NCBI GenBank assembly: GCA_002069705.1 | Contig: MWBV01000003.1 | Span: 927 to 64,926, forward strand | DNA: 64,000 nt | Reading direction: 5' to 3' | Origin: Candidatus Diapherotrites archaeon ADurb.Bin253 | Lineage (GTDB): Archaea > Nanobdellota > Nanobdellia > Pacearchaeales > GW2011-AR1 | Part shown: positions 36,055 to 44,640 of the stretch, piece after piece | How positions within the stretch are numbered: position 1 is the stretch's first letter | Layout of the letters: each line of letters begins with the position of its first letter | Notes under the pieces: model-generated | Told to the model about the DNA's origin: nothing | Seen by the model: the letters and a program-made list of their open reading frames with translations, nothing else | Database searches by the model: none | Made by a program: the position numbers and the translations under genes

Positions 36055-36855
36055 TTATCCTTTTTTCATAGTCATTTTCCAGAAATAAGGGTTTTCTCTT
36101 TTCAGAATTCTTCTCCAGAAAGGATATCTATCTTTTTTTGAGTTATATTCTGTACTTGTTATTCTTGCAGCAATTTCTTTGTAAGCTCTTGAAGCATTTG
36201 AATGAGGATGAGTATGAACAACTGCATCTTTTTTGTTTAAAGCTTTTTTAACAGTTATGTCTTCAGGAATCATTCCTAAAATAGGAGCTTCAAGCATATC
36301 TTTTACTGATTCTGGACTCATCTCTATACTGTCTTTTCTTACTCTTGTAACAATCACCCCTAATATTGTTTTTTTCATTTGTTCTGCTAGTTTTATTGTT
36401 TTAAGGGCATCAGTTATTGCAGGCATTTCTGCATTTGTTATGACTATTATTTCATCTGCTAGATTTATTGCTGCAATTGATTCATCTCCTAATCCTGCTG
36501 AACTATCAACTATTATATATTCAGAAAGTGTCTGAAACTCTTTTTTAAAATCAGAAATTTTTTCTGGTTTTATTTTTTTAAGTTCTTTTATAGATAAAGA
36601 AGAGGGCATTACCTTTAAACCAGAAACATGTTCATATATTGCTTCTTTTGGTTCAGCTTTTCCTCTTAAAACATGGTTTAAATTGATTGGTACTTCTGGA
36701 GAGTTCAAGTGTAATCCAACATTTGGAGTTGATAAGTTTCCATCAATTATAAGAACATCTTTTCCAAAATAATTTATAGCTGCACCTAGATTTATAGCAG
36801 TGGTTGTTTTACCTACACCTCCTTTTCCAGAAGTTACTACAATTATTTTGTTCAT
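36055..36855 (-). CDS. minD: MinD/ParA-family P-loop ATPase (archaeal MinD-like)
   Basis: Deviant Walker A: IIVVTSGKGGVGKTTTAINLGAA. Also DSSAGLG and a basic C-terminal tail. Confidence 0.85.
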   Translation of the reverse strand: MNKIIVVTSGKGGVGKTTTAINLGAAINYFGKDVLIIDGNLSTPNVGLHLNSPEVPINLNHVLRGKAEPKEAIYEHVSGLKVMPSSLSIKELKKIKPEKISDFKKEFQTLSEYIIVDSSAGLGDESIAAINLADEIIVITNAEMPAITDALKTIKLAEQMKKTILGVIVTRVRKDSIEMSPESVKDMLEAPILGMIPEDITVKKALNKKDAVVHTHPHSNASRAYKEIAARITSTEYNSKKDRYPFWRRILKRENPYFWKMTMKKG

Positions 36856-36882
36856 TTTGTAACCTTTTATAAGCTTCTTGGC

Positions 36883-37326
36883 TTACTTTGATAGAAGAAA
36901 TTGTTTTGTAGTGCTTATAAACTTTTCCAGCTTTTCTGCATATTCCTTTAGCTTTTCCAAATCAACATTTATTTCTTTTCCTTGGTAGAATATCCTTAAT
37001 GCTACATTTTTCCTAAATTCACCTATTCTCTCTGTTCTTAATTCATCTATTTTCCTGAACATTTCATATAATTCAATCACTTCTAGGAAATTAGAATCTT
37101 TTTTGAATAGTTTTTTTATTTCTTCTATTTTTCCTAATGGATTCGAAGGTATTGAACTTATTTTTTTCTTTTTCTTTGCACTTTTTAATATTTCTTCTAT
37201 GCTTGTTTCAATCATCTTTCTCCATCTAAGAATAAGATTTTTAATTACATCACATGTCTTTGTGTATTTCAAACTTACATATAAAAGATGATCTGCGCTT
37301 ATTTTTTCTTGGATGATTTCTTCCAT
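36883..37326 (-). CDS. Hypothetical all-helical protein immediately upstream of minD
   Basis: 147 aa. The gap to minD is 27 nt on the same strand. No recognisable motif. Confidence 0.45.
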   Translation of the reverse strand: MEEIIQEKISADHLLYVSLKYTKTCDVIKNLILRWRKMIETSIEEILKSAKKKKKISSIPSNPLGKIEEIKKLFKKDSNFLEVIELYEMFRKIDELRTERIGEFRKNVALRIFYQGKEINVDLEKLKEYAEKLEKFISTTKQFLLSK

Positions 37327-37398
37327 TAATTGATTTGCCCTTTCCCCTCCTGTTTAATCCCATTTACTTAGAAGTGTAATTTACAAGGAGGCACTTGT

Positions 37399-37650
37399 TT
37401 ATATATCTTTTGCTGTTCTAGAGGGGTGAAAGTTTTTGTAGAATTTGTTGAAATTTCTATAAATTAAAATTTTATTGGGTTCAATCAGCGAAATTCCTTT
37501 TCTGTAATTATCCATTATCTTGTAATCTTCCATATCTTGTTCAACTTTATCCCATATATCATTATATTCTGTTTCATCTAATAATTTTACTTCCCCGTTT
37601 TTAATTGCCTTTTTTAACATTCTTTCTACTGGGTTGATTAATCTTGACAT
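37399..37650 (-). CDS. Hypothetical protein (83 aa)
   Basis: ORF only. Its start is 1 nt downstream of the stop of the 50-aa ORF. Confidence 0.35.
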   Translation of the reverse strand: MSRLINPVERMLKKAIKNGEVKLLDETEYNDIWDKVEQDMEDYKIMDNYRKGISLIEPNKILIYRNFNKFYKNFHPSRTAKDI

Positions 37651-37651
37651 T

Positions 37652-37804
37652 TTAATTTAAGTTTTGGTAAACATAACAATTTTCTGCTTCAATCCAAGAG
37701 TGATAAGATTTAATTATATAGTCTTGATGAATATCTTTCATTATTCTGTCTATCTCTTCAAGGATTTTATAATCTACATCTTTGTATAATGGTTCAAATG
37801 ACAT
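37652..37804 (-). CDS. Hypothetical 50-aa ORF (MSFEPLYKDVDYKILEEIDRIMKDIHQDYIIKSYHSWIEAENCYVYQNLN)
   Basis: It is below the track cutoff. It exactly fills the gap between the nac stop (37806) and the start of the 83-aa ORF (37650). Confidence 0.25.
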   Translation of the reverse strand: MSFEPLYKDVDYKILEEIDRIMKDIHQDYIIKSYHSWIEAENCYVYQNLN

Positions 37805-37805
37805 T

Positions 37806-38141
37806 TTACTTACTTAATTCTAAAATTGTTTCAGCTAAATCTCCATTGTTTTTTTCAAGTGTTTCTCTTGCAATTTCTTCTGAAACCCCTGTCTTTTCTA
37901 TTATCATTTTTATATCTTCTTCAGAGGTTTCTTCTTTTGCTGACTCTTCTGAAATATCTCCTGCAATTTGGAATGTTTCCTGTCCTTGCATTTTTATTTT
38001 TGTAACAGAAGGGTTATCAATTATTATTCTGGAATTATCTGTTTTTTCAATTATAACTCTTGAAGCATCTATTTCTTCTTGGGAAATACCCATCTTCTTA
38101 AGCATTCCTTGCATTTGTCTGGGATTAACTCCTGGAAACAT
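37806..38141 (-). CDS. nac: Nascent polypeptide-associated complex protein (archaeal NAC)
   Basis: MFPGVNPRQMQGMLKKMGI..., a NAC beta-barrel, and a C-terminal UBA-like EEDIKMIIEKTGVSEEIARETLEKNNGDLAETI. Confidence 0.85.
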   Translation of the reverse strand: MFPGVNPRQMQGMLKKMGISQEEIDASRVIIEKTDNSRIIIDNPSVTKIKMQGQETFQIAGDISEESAKEETSEEDIKMIIEKTGVSEEIARETLEKNNGDLAETILELSK

Positions 38142-38156
38142 TTTAGAAAATTAAAT

Positions 38157-38318
38157 TTATTTGAATATGAGGGGCATTAGTATTCTAAATGCTACAAGTG
38201 ATATTACGAAGAGAACTACGTGAATAGGTTTTAAATTAATATAACTATTATACTCTTCACTGTAACGCATTAAACCCCCAAATCCTCCTGGAAGGCTTAT
38301 TTTATTGTTTGATGCCAT
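38157..38318 (-). CDS. secG: Preprotein translocase subunit Sec61-beta (archaeal SecG), 53 aa
   Basis: It is not in the ORF track. MASNNKISLPGGFGGLMRYSEEYNSYINLKPIHVVLFVISLVAFRILMPLIFK has the GL(M/I)RY motif plus a single C-terminal TM, as in archaeal Sec61-beta. Confidence 0.7.
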   Translation of the reverse strand: MASNNKISLPGGFGGLMRYSEEYNSYINLKPIHVVLFVISLVAFRILMPLIFK

Positions 38319-38340
38319 GGATATTTTAAAGAGAGATAGT

Positions 38341-38348
38341 TTTTAAAA
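38341..38348. promoter_or_regulatory. Palindromic TATA box TTTTAAAA shared by the divergent secG and valS genes
   Basis: Its centre (38344.5) is 26.5 nt from the secG ATG (38318, minus strand) and 25.5 nt from the valS ATG (38370, plus strand). Confidence 0.4.
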
Positions 38349-38369
38349 GTTTCTTGGATAAGATTATTT

Positions 38370-40745
38370 ATGTCAAAACCAAATTCGAGTTCAAACCCAA
38401 AATTTGACTTTAAGGATATTGAAAGTAAGTGGAAGAGCTTTTGGGAAAAAGAAAAGATTTACACTGTGGATTTAAAAAAGAAAGAGATTTATTCAGTTGA
38501 TACACCTCCTCCATATATTTCTGGTAAGATGCATATTGGGCATGCATTTTCTTATTCTCATCAAGACTTTATTATAAGGTTTCAGAGAATGTTATTAGCA
38601 AATAAAAATGGAAGTGTTTTTTATCCATTTGGGACAGATGACAATGGATTGCCTACTGAAAGGTTCATAGAAAAAACAAATAATATGAAAAGCAAAGATA
38701 TGGGAAGAACAGATTTTATTAATCTTTGTCTTAAAACATTAAAAGAAATAACTCCTGATTGTGTTCAGGATTTTAAAAATTTAGGAATATCTGCAGATTA
38801 TAATGTATATTATTCTACAATCGATGATAATTCCAGAAAAATATCTCAAAAATCTTTTATTGATTTATATAAGTCAGGGGAAGCTTATCAAAAAGAATTT
38901 CCTACAATGTGGTGTCCTGAATGTCAGACCTCAATAGCTCAGGCTGAACTTGAAGATAAAGAAGAGAAAAGTTTGTTTTCAACTTTAAAGTTTTCATCTG
39001 GAAAAAAAGATTTGCTTATTGCAACAACAAGACCAGAACTTTTAGGTGCATGTGTTGCTGTTTTTGTTCATCCTTCAGATAAAAAATATTCTAGTTTTGT
39101 TGGAAAAAAAGCAAAAGTTCCATTATTTAATTATGAAGTTCCAATAATTGCAGATACATCAGCAGACCCTGATAAAGGAACAGGAGCATTAATGGTTTGT
39201 TCTTATGGAGATAAATATGATGTTGATGCAATAAATAGATATAATCTTGTTCCAAAGATAATTTTTGACAAATCAGGAAGAGTTAATTTTGGAGAATATA
39301 AAGGTTTGAAAATTAAAGAAATGAGAAAGAAAATTCTTGAAGATTTAAAAAAAGAAAACTTAATTTTTGAACAAAAAGAGATAACTCATGTAGTTAATTG
39401 CCATGATAAGTGTGGACATGGAATAGAATTTATTCCAACTAAACAATGGTTTATAAAAATATTAGATAAAAAAGAAAAATTTATTGAACAAGGAAATAAG
39501 ATTAAATGGTATCCTGAATTTATGCATAAAAGATATGATAATTGGGTTAATGGTTTAGAGTGGGACTGGTCTATTTCAAGAAATAGGCATTTTGGAGTTC
39601 CTATTCCTGCTTGGGAATGTAAAAAATGTGGACAAATAATTGTTGCTGAAGAGCGAGAACTTCCTGTGGACCCTCTTCAATTAAAAAAGAAATGTCCTAA
39701 ATGTAAATTAGAAGCAAATCCAGAAAAAATGGTATTTGATACTTGGGCAACTTCTTCTATGACTCCTCAAATAACAAGCTCTCTTATTAAAAATAAAATT
39801 ACTATTCCGTATTCTTTAAGACCACAAGGACATGATATAATAAGAACTTGGGCATTTTATACAATAGTTAAATCTTATTTACATTCTAATACTATTCCTT
39901 GGAAAGATATTGTTATTTCTGGTAATGTTTCTTTAGGAGGAGAAAAAATGTCTAAGTCAAAAGGGAATGTTGTTTCCCCAATAGATGTGATGAATAAATA
40001 TGGTTCAGATGCATTGAGATATTGGGCTGCAGGTTCAAAACTGGGAAGTGATGTAGATTATCTTGAAAAAGATTTAGTTGCAGGTACAAAATTTATAAAT
40101 AAATTGATAAATGCTTCAAGATTTGTTTTTATGAACCTTAAAGATTATAATCCTAAAAATAAACCTTCTAAGTTAGAGAAGATAGATGAAATCTTTTTAG
40201 ATAAACTTAATCTTTTGATTAAAGATTCTACTAAGAATTTCAAAGAGTACGAATATTCTAAAGCTAAACTTGATACAGAAAAGTTTTTTTGGAGTGATTT
40301 TTGTGATAATTATCTTGAGATTGTTAAGAAAAGAGTTTATCAGGGAGAGGGTAATTCAAAATTATCTGCACAATACACATTATATTATTCTTTACTTAAA
40401 ATTTTGAAACTTATTGCACCAATTATGCCTTTTATCACAGAAGAAATTTATCAGGAATACTTTAGGAAGAATGAAAAAGAAAAATCAATACATATCAGTC
40501 CTTGGCCAGAATCAGATAAAAAAGAGAATTCTAATCACATAAAGATACTGGAAAAACTCTATTCTATTATTTCACAGATTAGACATGAAAAATCTTTTAA
40601 TAAAAAAGCAATGAATGCAGAGATTATTCTTACTTTGGAAAAAGAAGATTATGAAGAGATAAAATCTGTTCTTGAAGATTTAAAGAATGTTTCAAATGCT
40701 AAAGTAATAAGAGAAGGAAAAAAATTTGAAGTTGAATTTTTGTAA
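38370..40745 (+). CDS. valS: Valyl-tRNA synthetase (compact archaeal type)
   Basis: 791 aa. HIGH-type PPPYISGKMHIGHAFSYSHQDFIIRF, FGTDDNGLPTE, TTRPELLGACVAVFVHP, and the KMSKS motif GGEKMSKSKGN. Confidence 0.8.
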   Translation: MSKPNSSSNPKFDFKDIESKWKSFWEKEKIYTVDLKKKEIYSVDTPPPYISGKMHIGHAFSYSHQDFIIRFQRMLLANKNGSVFYPFGTDDNGLPTERFIEKTNNMKSKDMGRTDFINLCLKTLKEITPDCVQDFKNLGISADYNVYYSTIDDNSRKISQKSFIDLYKSGEAYQKEFPTMWCPECQTSIAQAELEDKEEKSLFSTLKFSSGKKDLLIATTRPELLGACVAVFVHPSDKKYSSFVGKKAKVPLFNYEVPIIADTSADPDKGTGALMVCSYGDKYDVDAINRYNLVPKIIFDKSGRVNFGEYKGLKIKEMRKKILEDLKKENLIFEQKEITHVVNCHDKCGHGIEFIPTKQWFIKILDKKEKFIEQGNKIKWYPEFMHKRYDNWVNGLEWDWSISRNRHFGVPIPAWECKKCGQIIVAEERELPVDPLQLKKKCPKCKLEANPEKMVFDTWATSSMTPQITSSLIKNKITIPYSLRPQGHDIIRTWAFYTIVKSYLHSNTIPWKDIVISGNVSLGGEKMSKSKGNVVSPIDVMNKYGSDALRYWAAGSKLGSDVDYLEKDLVAGTKFINKLINASRFVFMNLKDYNPKNKPSKLEKIDEIFLDKLNLLIKDSTKNFKEYEYSKAKLDTEKFFWSDFCDNYLEIVKKRVYQGEGNSKLSAQYTLYYSLLKILKLIAPIMPFITEEIYQEYFRKNEKEKSIHISPWPESDKKENSNHIKILEKLYSIISQIRHEKSFNKKAMNAEIILTLEKEDYEEIKSVLEDLKNVSNAKVIREGKKFEVEFL

Positions 40746-40763
40746 CTTTTGTTGATTGGCTAA

Positions 40764-40772
40764 TTTTATAAA
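40764..40772 (+). promoter_or_regulatory. TATA box for the aRF1 gene
   Basis: TTTTATAAA starts 30 nt upstream of the ATG at 40794. Confidence 0.5.
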
Positions 40773-40793
40773 CCCATTTCATTTTCTTTAAAC

Positions 40794-41882
40794 ATGGCAG
40801 CAATAAGCAAAGCAGAACTTGAAGTTCTTCTTGAAGAATTAGAGAAACATAAAGGAAGACATACTGAATTGATTACAGTTTATATTTCGGCAGGATATGA
40901 TATTGTTTCTGTTCAGAAACAGCTGGAAGCAGAAAAATCTACTGCCAAAAACATAAAGTCTACTGCAACAAGAAAAAATGTTGTTGATGCTCTTGATAAA
41001 ATTGTAAGGTATTTGAAGGATTTTAAAGGAAATCCTGAAAATGGGCTTGCTATTTTTTGTGGTAATGTTTCAAAAGTAGAAGGCATGGATGATTTACAAC
41101 TGTGGGGAATTGAACCTCCTTTGCCTTTAAAAACAAGATTATATAGATGTGATAAAGATTTTGTGCTTGAACCCCTTAGAGAGTTATTAGAGGTTTCAGA
41201 GATATTTGCATTATTGGTTATGGATAGAAAAGAAGCAACAATAGGTGTTCTTGAGGGTAAAAGAATAGAAGTTTTACAAAAGATGACTTCTGGTGTTCCA
41301 AGTAAAGTTCGTGCAGGAGGACAGAGTTCCCAGAGATTTCACAGAATTACAGAAGGATTAACTAAAGAATTTTACAAAAGAATTGCAGATGAAATGAAAA
41401 ATATCTTTTATGAGAATAAAAAATTAAAAGGTATTTTAATAGGTGGTCCTATTCCTACTAAAGATGAATTTATTGATAATGAATATCTAACTACTGTTTT
41501 AAGAAATAAAATTATTGGGAGAGTGGATATTGGGGGAAGTGATGAGTCTGGACTTAAAGAACTTGTTGAAAAATCAAAAGATATCCTTGCAAATCAGGAG
41601 ATAGTTTATGAAAAGAAATTAATGGAAAAATTCTTTGAAATGTTGGGAGCAAAACCAGATTTTGTAGCATATAAGGAAGAAGAAGTAAAAAAAGCTCTTG
41701 AATATGGGGCAGTAGATACTTTGTTTTTATCTAAAGAGTATGAGAAAGAGTCAGCAAAAGAATTAAAGGATATTGCAAATAATAGTGGTACAAAAATAGA
41801 AACAATTTCAACAGATACAGAGGAAGGAAAACAATTTTTGAATCTATCAGGTGTTGGAGCTATATTAAGATATAAAATATAA
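40794..41882 (+). CDS. prf1: Peptide chain release factor aRF1
   Basis: 362 aa. NIKS motif (TAKNIKSTATRKNV), GGQ motif (RAGGQSSQRFHR), and C-terminal ...GVGAILRYKI. Confidence 0.9.
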   Translation: MAAISKAELEVLLEELEKHKGRHTELITVYISAGYDIVSVQKQLEAEKSTAKNIKSTATRKNVVDALDKIVRYLKDFKGNPENGLAIFCGNVSKVEGMDDLQLWGIEPPLPLKTRLYRCDKDFVLEPLRELLEVSEIFALLVMDRKEATIGVLEGKRIEVLQKMTSGVPSKVRAGGQSSQRFHRITEGLTKEFYKRIADEMKNIFYENKKLKGILIGGPIPTKDEFIDNEYLTTVLRNKIIGRVDIGGSDESGLKELVEKSKDILANQEIVYEKKLMEKFFEMLGAKPDFVAYKEEEVKKALEYGAVDTLFLSKEYEKESAKELKDIANNSGTKIETISTDTEEGKQFLNLSGVGAILRYKI

Positions 41883-42109
41883 TTTTCCTTCAAAGTCCTC
41901 ACTTCGTTGCGGTGTTCTCATTCTTCGAACAGAAGAAGGAAAACAATTTTTGAATCTATCAGGTGTTGGAGCTATATTAAGATATAAAATATAATTTTCC
42001 TTCAAAGTCCTCACTTCGTTGCGGTGTTCTCATTCTTCGAACAGAAGAAGGAAAACAATTTTTGAATCTATCAGGTGTTGGAGCTATATTAAGATATAAA
42101 ATATAATTT
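41823..42109 (+). repeat. Perfect 112-bp tandem repeat, 2.56 copies, covering the last 60 nt of prf1 plus 52 nt downstream
   Basis: Units start at 41823, 41935 and 42047, and by eye I saw no mismatch. The third copy ends after the duplicated stop codon region (about 42109). Confidence 0.9.
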
Positions 42110-42132
42110 AATTTATCCTAAATTAATATTTT

Positions 42133-42657
42133 TTAAAATATTCTTATAATTTTGTTAGGTATTTTATCTGAATCATTGCAATGATAAACCTTATGAGTTA
42201 TTTGATTGTAAATTCCCATTAACTTAAGATTATTGTTTAGAATTAGTTCTTTGTTCTGAGAGTTTATTTTTAACTGGGGTGGTTTAAATGAGGTTGGTGA
42301 AAAATTAAAACATTCTTCAAATTCTCTTATCCCTTTATTTAATTCTTCTTGTGAAATATTTTCATATAAAAATTCCCGATATGTGTGATTTAATCCATGG
42401 AGTGAAAGAGATTTATTTAAAGATAGGATATGATTGCACCATTCTTTATCTTTTGATATCTCTAAGCTATTATAATTTGGAATTACATAAAGTATATCTG
42501 GATTGTATTTTTCTATTTCTGGACAAGGTATTCCAGGAGTTACATCATCTATTTCTGTGGGATTTATTAATCTGATTAAAAATAAAAGGGATATTACAAT
42601 TATTATTGAAAATATGATTACTTTTACTATTTTTTTTAATTTTACCCCCTTTTTCAT
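42133..42657 (-). CDS. Membrane-anchored hypothetical protein (possibly DUF2334/polysaccharide-deacetylase-like)
   Basis: 174 aa. N-terminal TM IIFSIIIVISLLFLI. ILYVIPNYN...SLSLHGLNHTYREF is reminiscent of the HG..H..EF motif of DUF2334. The similarity is weak. Confidence 0.35.
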   Translation of the reverse strand: MKKGVKLKKIVKVIIFSIIIVISLLFLIRLINPTEIDDVTPGIPCPEIEKYNPDILYVIPNYNSLEISKDKEWCNHILSLNKSLSLHGLNHTYREFLYENISQEELNKGIREFEECFNFSPTSFKPPQLKINSQNKELILNNNLKLMGIYNQITHKVYHCNDSDKIPNKIIRIF

Positions 42658-42728
42658 ACTACTTTTATTAAAATTGCTATTAAATAATTATTGATAATAC
42701 TTTTAAATACAATTTGTTTTTATCATTT

Positions 42729-43349
42729 ATGCCTACAAGTAAGACAATAGAGGAGATAGATGAAGCTAAAGAAAAAGAGGACTTGAAAACTTTAGAAGCA
42801 GTTTTTTTTATTTCTGGAAGATTTCTTAGTATGCAGGATTTAATATCTTTAAGTGATTTGAATCCTATAATTTTAACTGATTTAATTGAAAGATTAAAAG
42901 ATAAGTATAATCGGGAGGATTCAGCATTGGAGATTGTTGAGAAAAGTGGGCTGTGGAAAATGGATGTTAGACAGGAATATTCTCATATAATAAATAAGTT
43001 GGCTACAGGAAGTTCAGAATTTACAAAAGCAGAGCAAGGAACATTGGCTATAATTGCATATAAACATCCTATAAAACAATCAGTTATAATTAAAATTAGA
43101 GGAAATAAAGCCTATGACCATATAAAGAAATTTTCTGATTTAGGTTTGATAAAAAAGAAAAAAACAGGGCACACACATGAATTGAGTTTAAGTGAAGATT
43201 TTTATGATTATTTTAGTATTTCTGAGAGTGAAAGAAACACTTCTAATGTTTTAAATGAAAAAATTAATATGGAAATAGAAGAAGCAGAGAAAGAAGTTGA
43301 AAAAGATGAATCTGAAGGAAGATTTGAAGATGAAAAAGATAATTCTTAA
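42729..43349 (+). CDS. scpB: Segregation and condensation protein B (ScpB)
   Basis: LEAVFFISGRFLSMQDL..., TKAEQGTLAIIAYKHPIKQSVIIKIRGNKAYDHIKKFSDLGLI (two wH domains). The track start is a TTG at 42714; the first ATG at 42729 lies 28 nt from TTTTAAATA. Confidence 0.75.
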   Translation: MPTSKTIEEIDEAKEKEDLKTLEAVFFISGRFLSMQDLISLSDLNPIILTDLIERLKDKYNREDSALEIVEKSGLWKMDVRQEYSHIINKLATGSSEFTKAEQGTLAIIAYKHPIKQSVIIKIRGNKAYDHIKKFSDLGLIKKKKTGHTHELSLSEDFYDYFSISESERNTSNVLNEKINMEIEEAEKEVEKDESEGRFEDEKDNS

Positions 43350-43410
43350 TTAATTAAGGAGCAAATTTATCACAATAATACTTAAAAGGATAAATTTTAT
43401 ATTTACATTT

Positions 43411-44640
43411 ATGGATACAATTACTGTAATATATTTAATCTATATATTTATAGGATTTTATTTTCTTTTCCTATTTATTTTAATTTATATTCAGAATAAA
43501 AAATATCTTTATTATTATCCTAAACCTAAAAGAGATTATTCTCTTAGTATAGTCATACCTTGTTATAATGAAGGAGCAACAATAGAGAAGACAGTTAAAT
43601 CTGTTTTAGATTCTGGATATAAGAATCTTAAAAAAGTTATTGTTGTAGATGATTGCTCTAAAGATAATTCTTATAAGATAATAAAAGAACTTGAAAAAAA
43701 GTATCCTAAAGTTTTAGCAGTTCAAACCCCTAAAAATACTGGTTGTGCAGCAGGTTCAAAAAATTATGGAGCTAAATTTGTAGATACAGAGCTAATAGGT
43801 TTTAGTGATGGGGATTCTTTTATTGAGAAAGGTTCTATTGATAAATTAGTGGGATTTTTTAATGATGAAAAAATGGGCAGTGTTACTTGTTCTGTTCTTG
43901 TGGCAAATAGAGATAAATTTATAGAAAGAGTTCAGTCTGTTGAATATAAGGTTATAAAATTTTCCAGAAAACTTTTAGAATTTATAGATTCAATTTATGT
44001 TACTCCTGGACCCCTTGGTGTATTTAGAAAAAGTGCATTTGATAAAATAGGAGGGTTTGATGAGAAAAATCTTACAGAAGATATAGAAATAACTTGGCAT
44101 CTTCAAGCAGAAGGGTATAAGGTTAGGATGGCTTTACTATCAAGAGCATATACTGTTGCACCTTCAACAATTAAAGATTGGGTTAAACAAAGAAATAGAT
44201 GGAATATCGGGGGTCTTCAGACAAGTATTAAGTATGGTAGAGATTGGTTTAGAAAAGGAATGCTTGGTAAATTTATTCTTCCTTTTTTTGTTTTCTCTTG
44301 GGTAATTGGTTTATTTGGATTGACTGTGTTAGCTTATAGAATATTGAAAGTTCTTATATTTAGATTGTTTTCAACAACTTATTCTATTCAAACACAAACC
44401 TCTCTTATTAGATTTGAAGATATAAGTTTGATGCCAAATATTCTTATTTTCTTTGGTTTAGTTATGTTCTTTTTAAGCATGTGGTTTACTTTGCTTTCAT
44501 TATTTCATATGAAAGATGAAAACCGTAAGGGAGAAAACTTTTTTGTTTTAAGTTTTTATATGGTATTTTATGTTATGATATATCCGATAATTTTAATAAG
44601 TTCATTTTATAAATTTTTGAAAGGGCATAGAAAATGGTAA
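43411..44640 (+). CDS. Integral-membrane family-2 glycosyltransferase, processive-synthase type (NodC/IcaA/chitin-synthase-like)
   Basis: 409 aa. Motifs SIVIPCYNE, VVDDCSKD, SDGDS, TEDIEIT, and the Q-x-x-RW motif KQRNRWNIGG, flanked by one N-terminal and several C-terminal TM helices. Confidence 0.85.
   Translation: MDTITVIYLIYIFIGFYFLFLFILIYIQNKKYLYYYPKPKRDYSLSIVIPCYNEGATIEKTVKSVLDSGYKNLKKVIVVDDCSKDNSYKIIKELEKKYPKVLAVQTPKNTGCAAGSKNYGAKFVDTELIGFSDGDSFIEKGSIDKLVGFFNDEKMGSVTCSVLVANRDKFIERVQSVEYKVIKFSRKLLEFIDSIYVTPGPLGVFRKSAFDKIGGFDEKNLTEDIEITWHLQAEGYKVRMALLSRAYTVAPSTIKDWVKQRNRWNIGGLQTSIKYGRDWFRKGMLGKFILPFFVFSWVIGLFGLTVLAYRILKVLIFRLFSTTYSIQTQTSLIRFEDISLMPNILIFFGLVMFFLSMWFTLLSLFHMKDENRKGENFFVLSFYMVFYVMIYPIILISSFYKFLKGHRKW

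Noticed and set aside
37346-37391. CCTCCT / AGGAGG inverted repeat in the spacer before the 147-aa/minD genes, considered as an SD-sequestering hairpin
   Set aside because: The GGAGG on the coding (minus) strand lies about 19 nt from the ATG, which is too far for an SD. The complementary arm probably lies upstream of the local TSS. No regulatory function can be supported.
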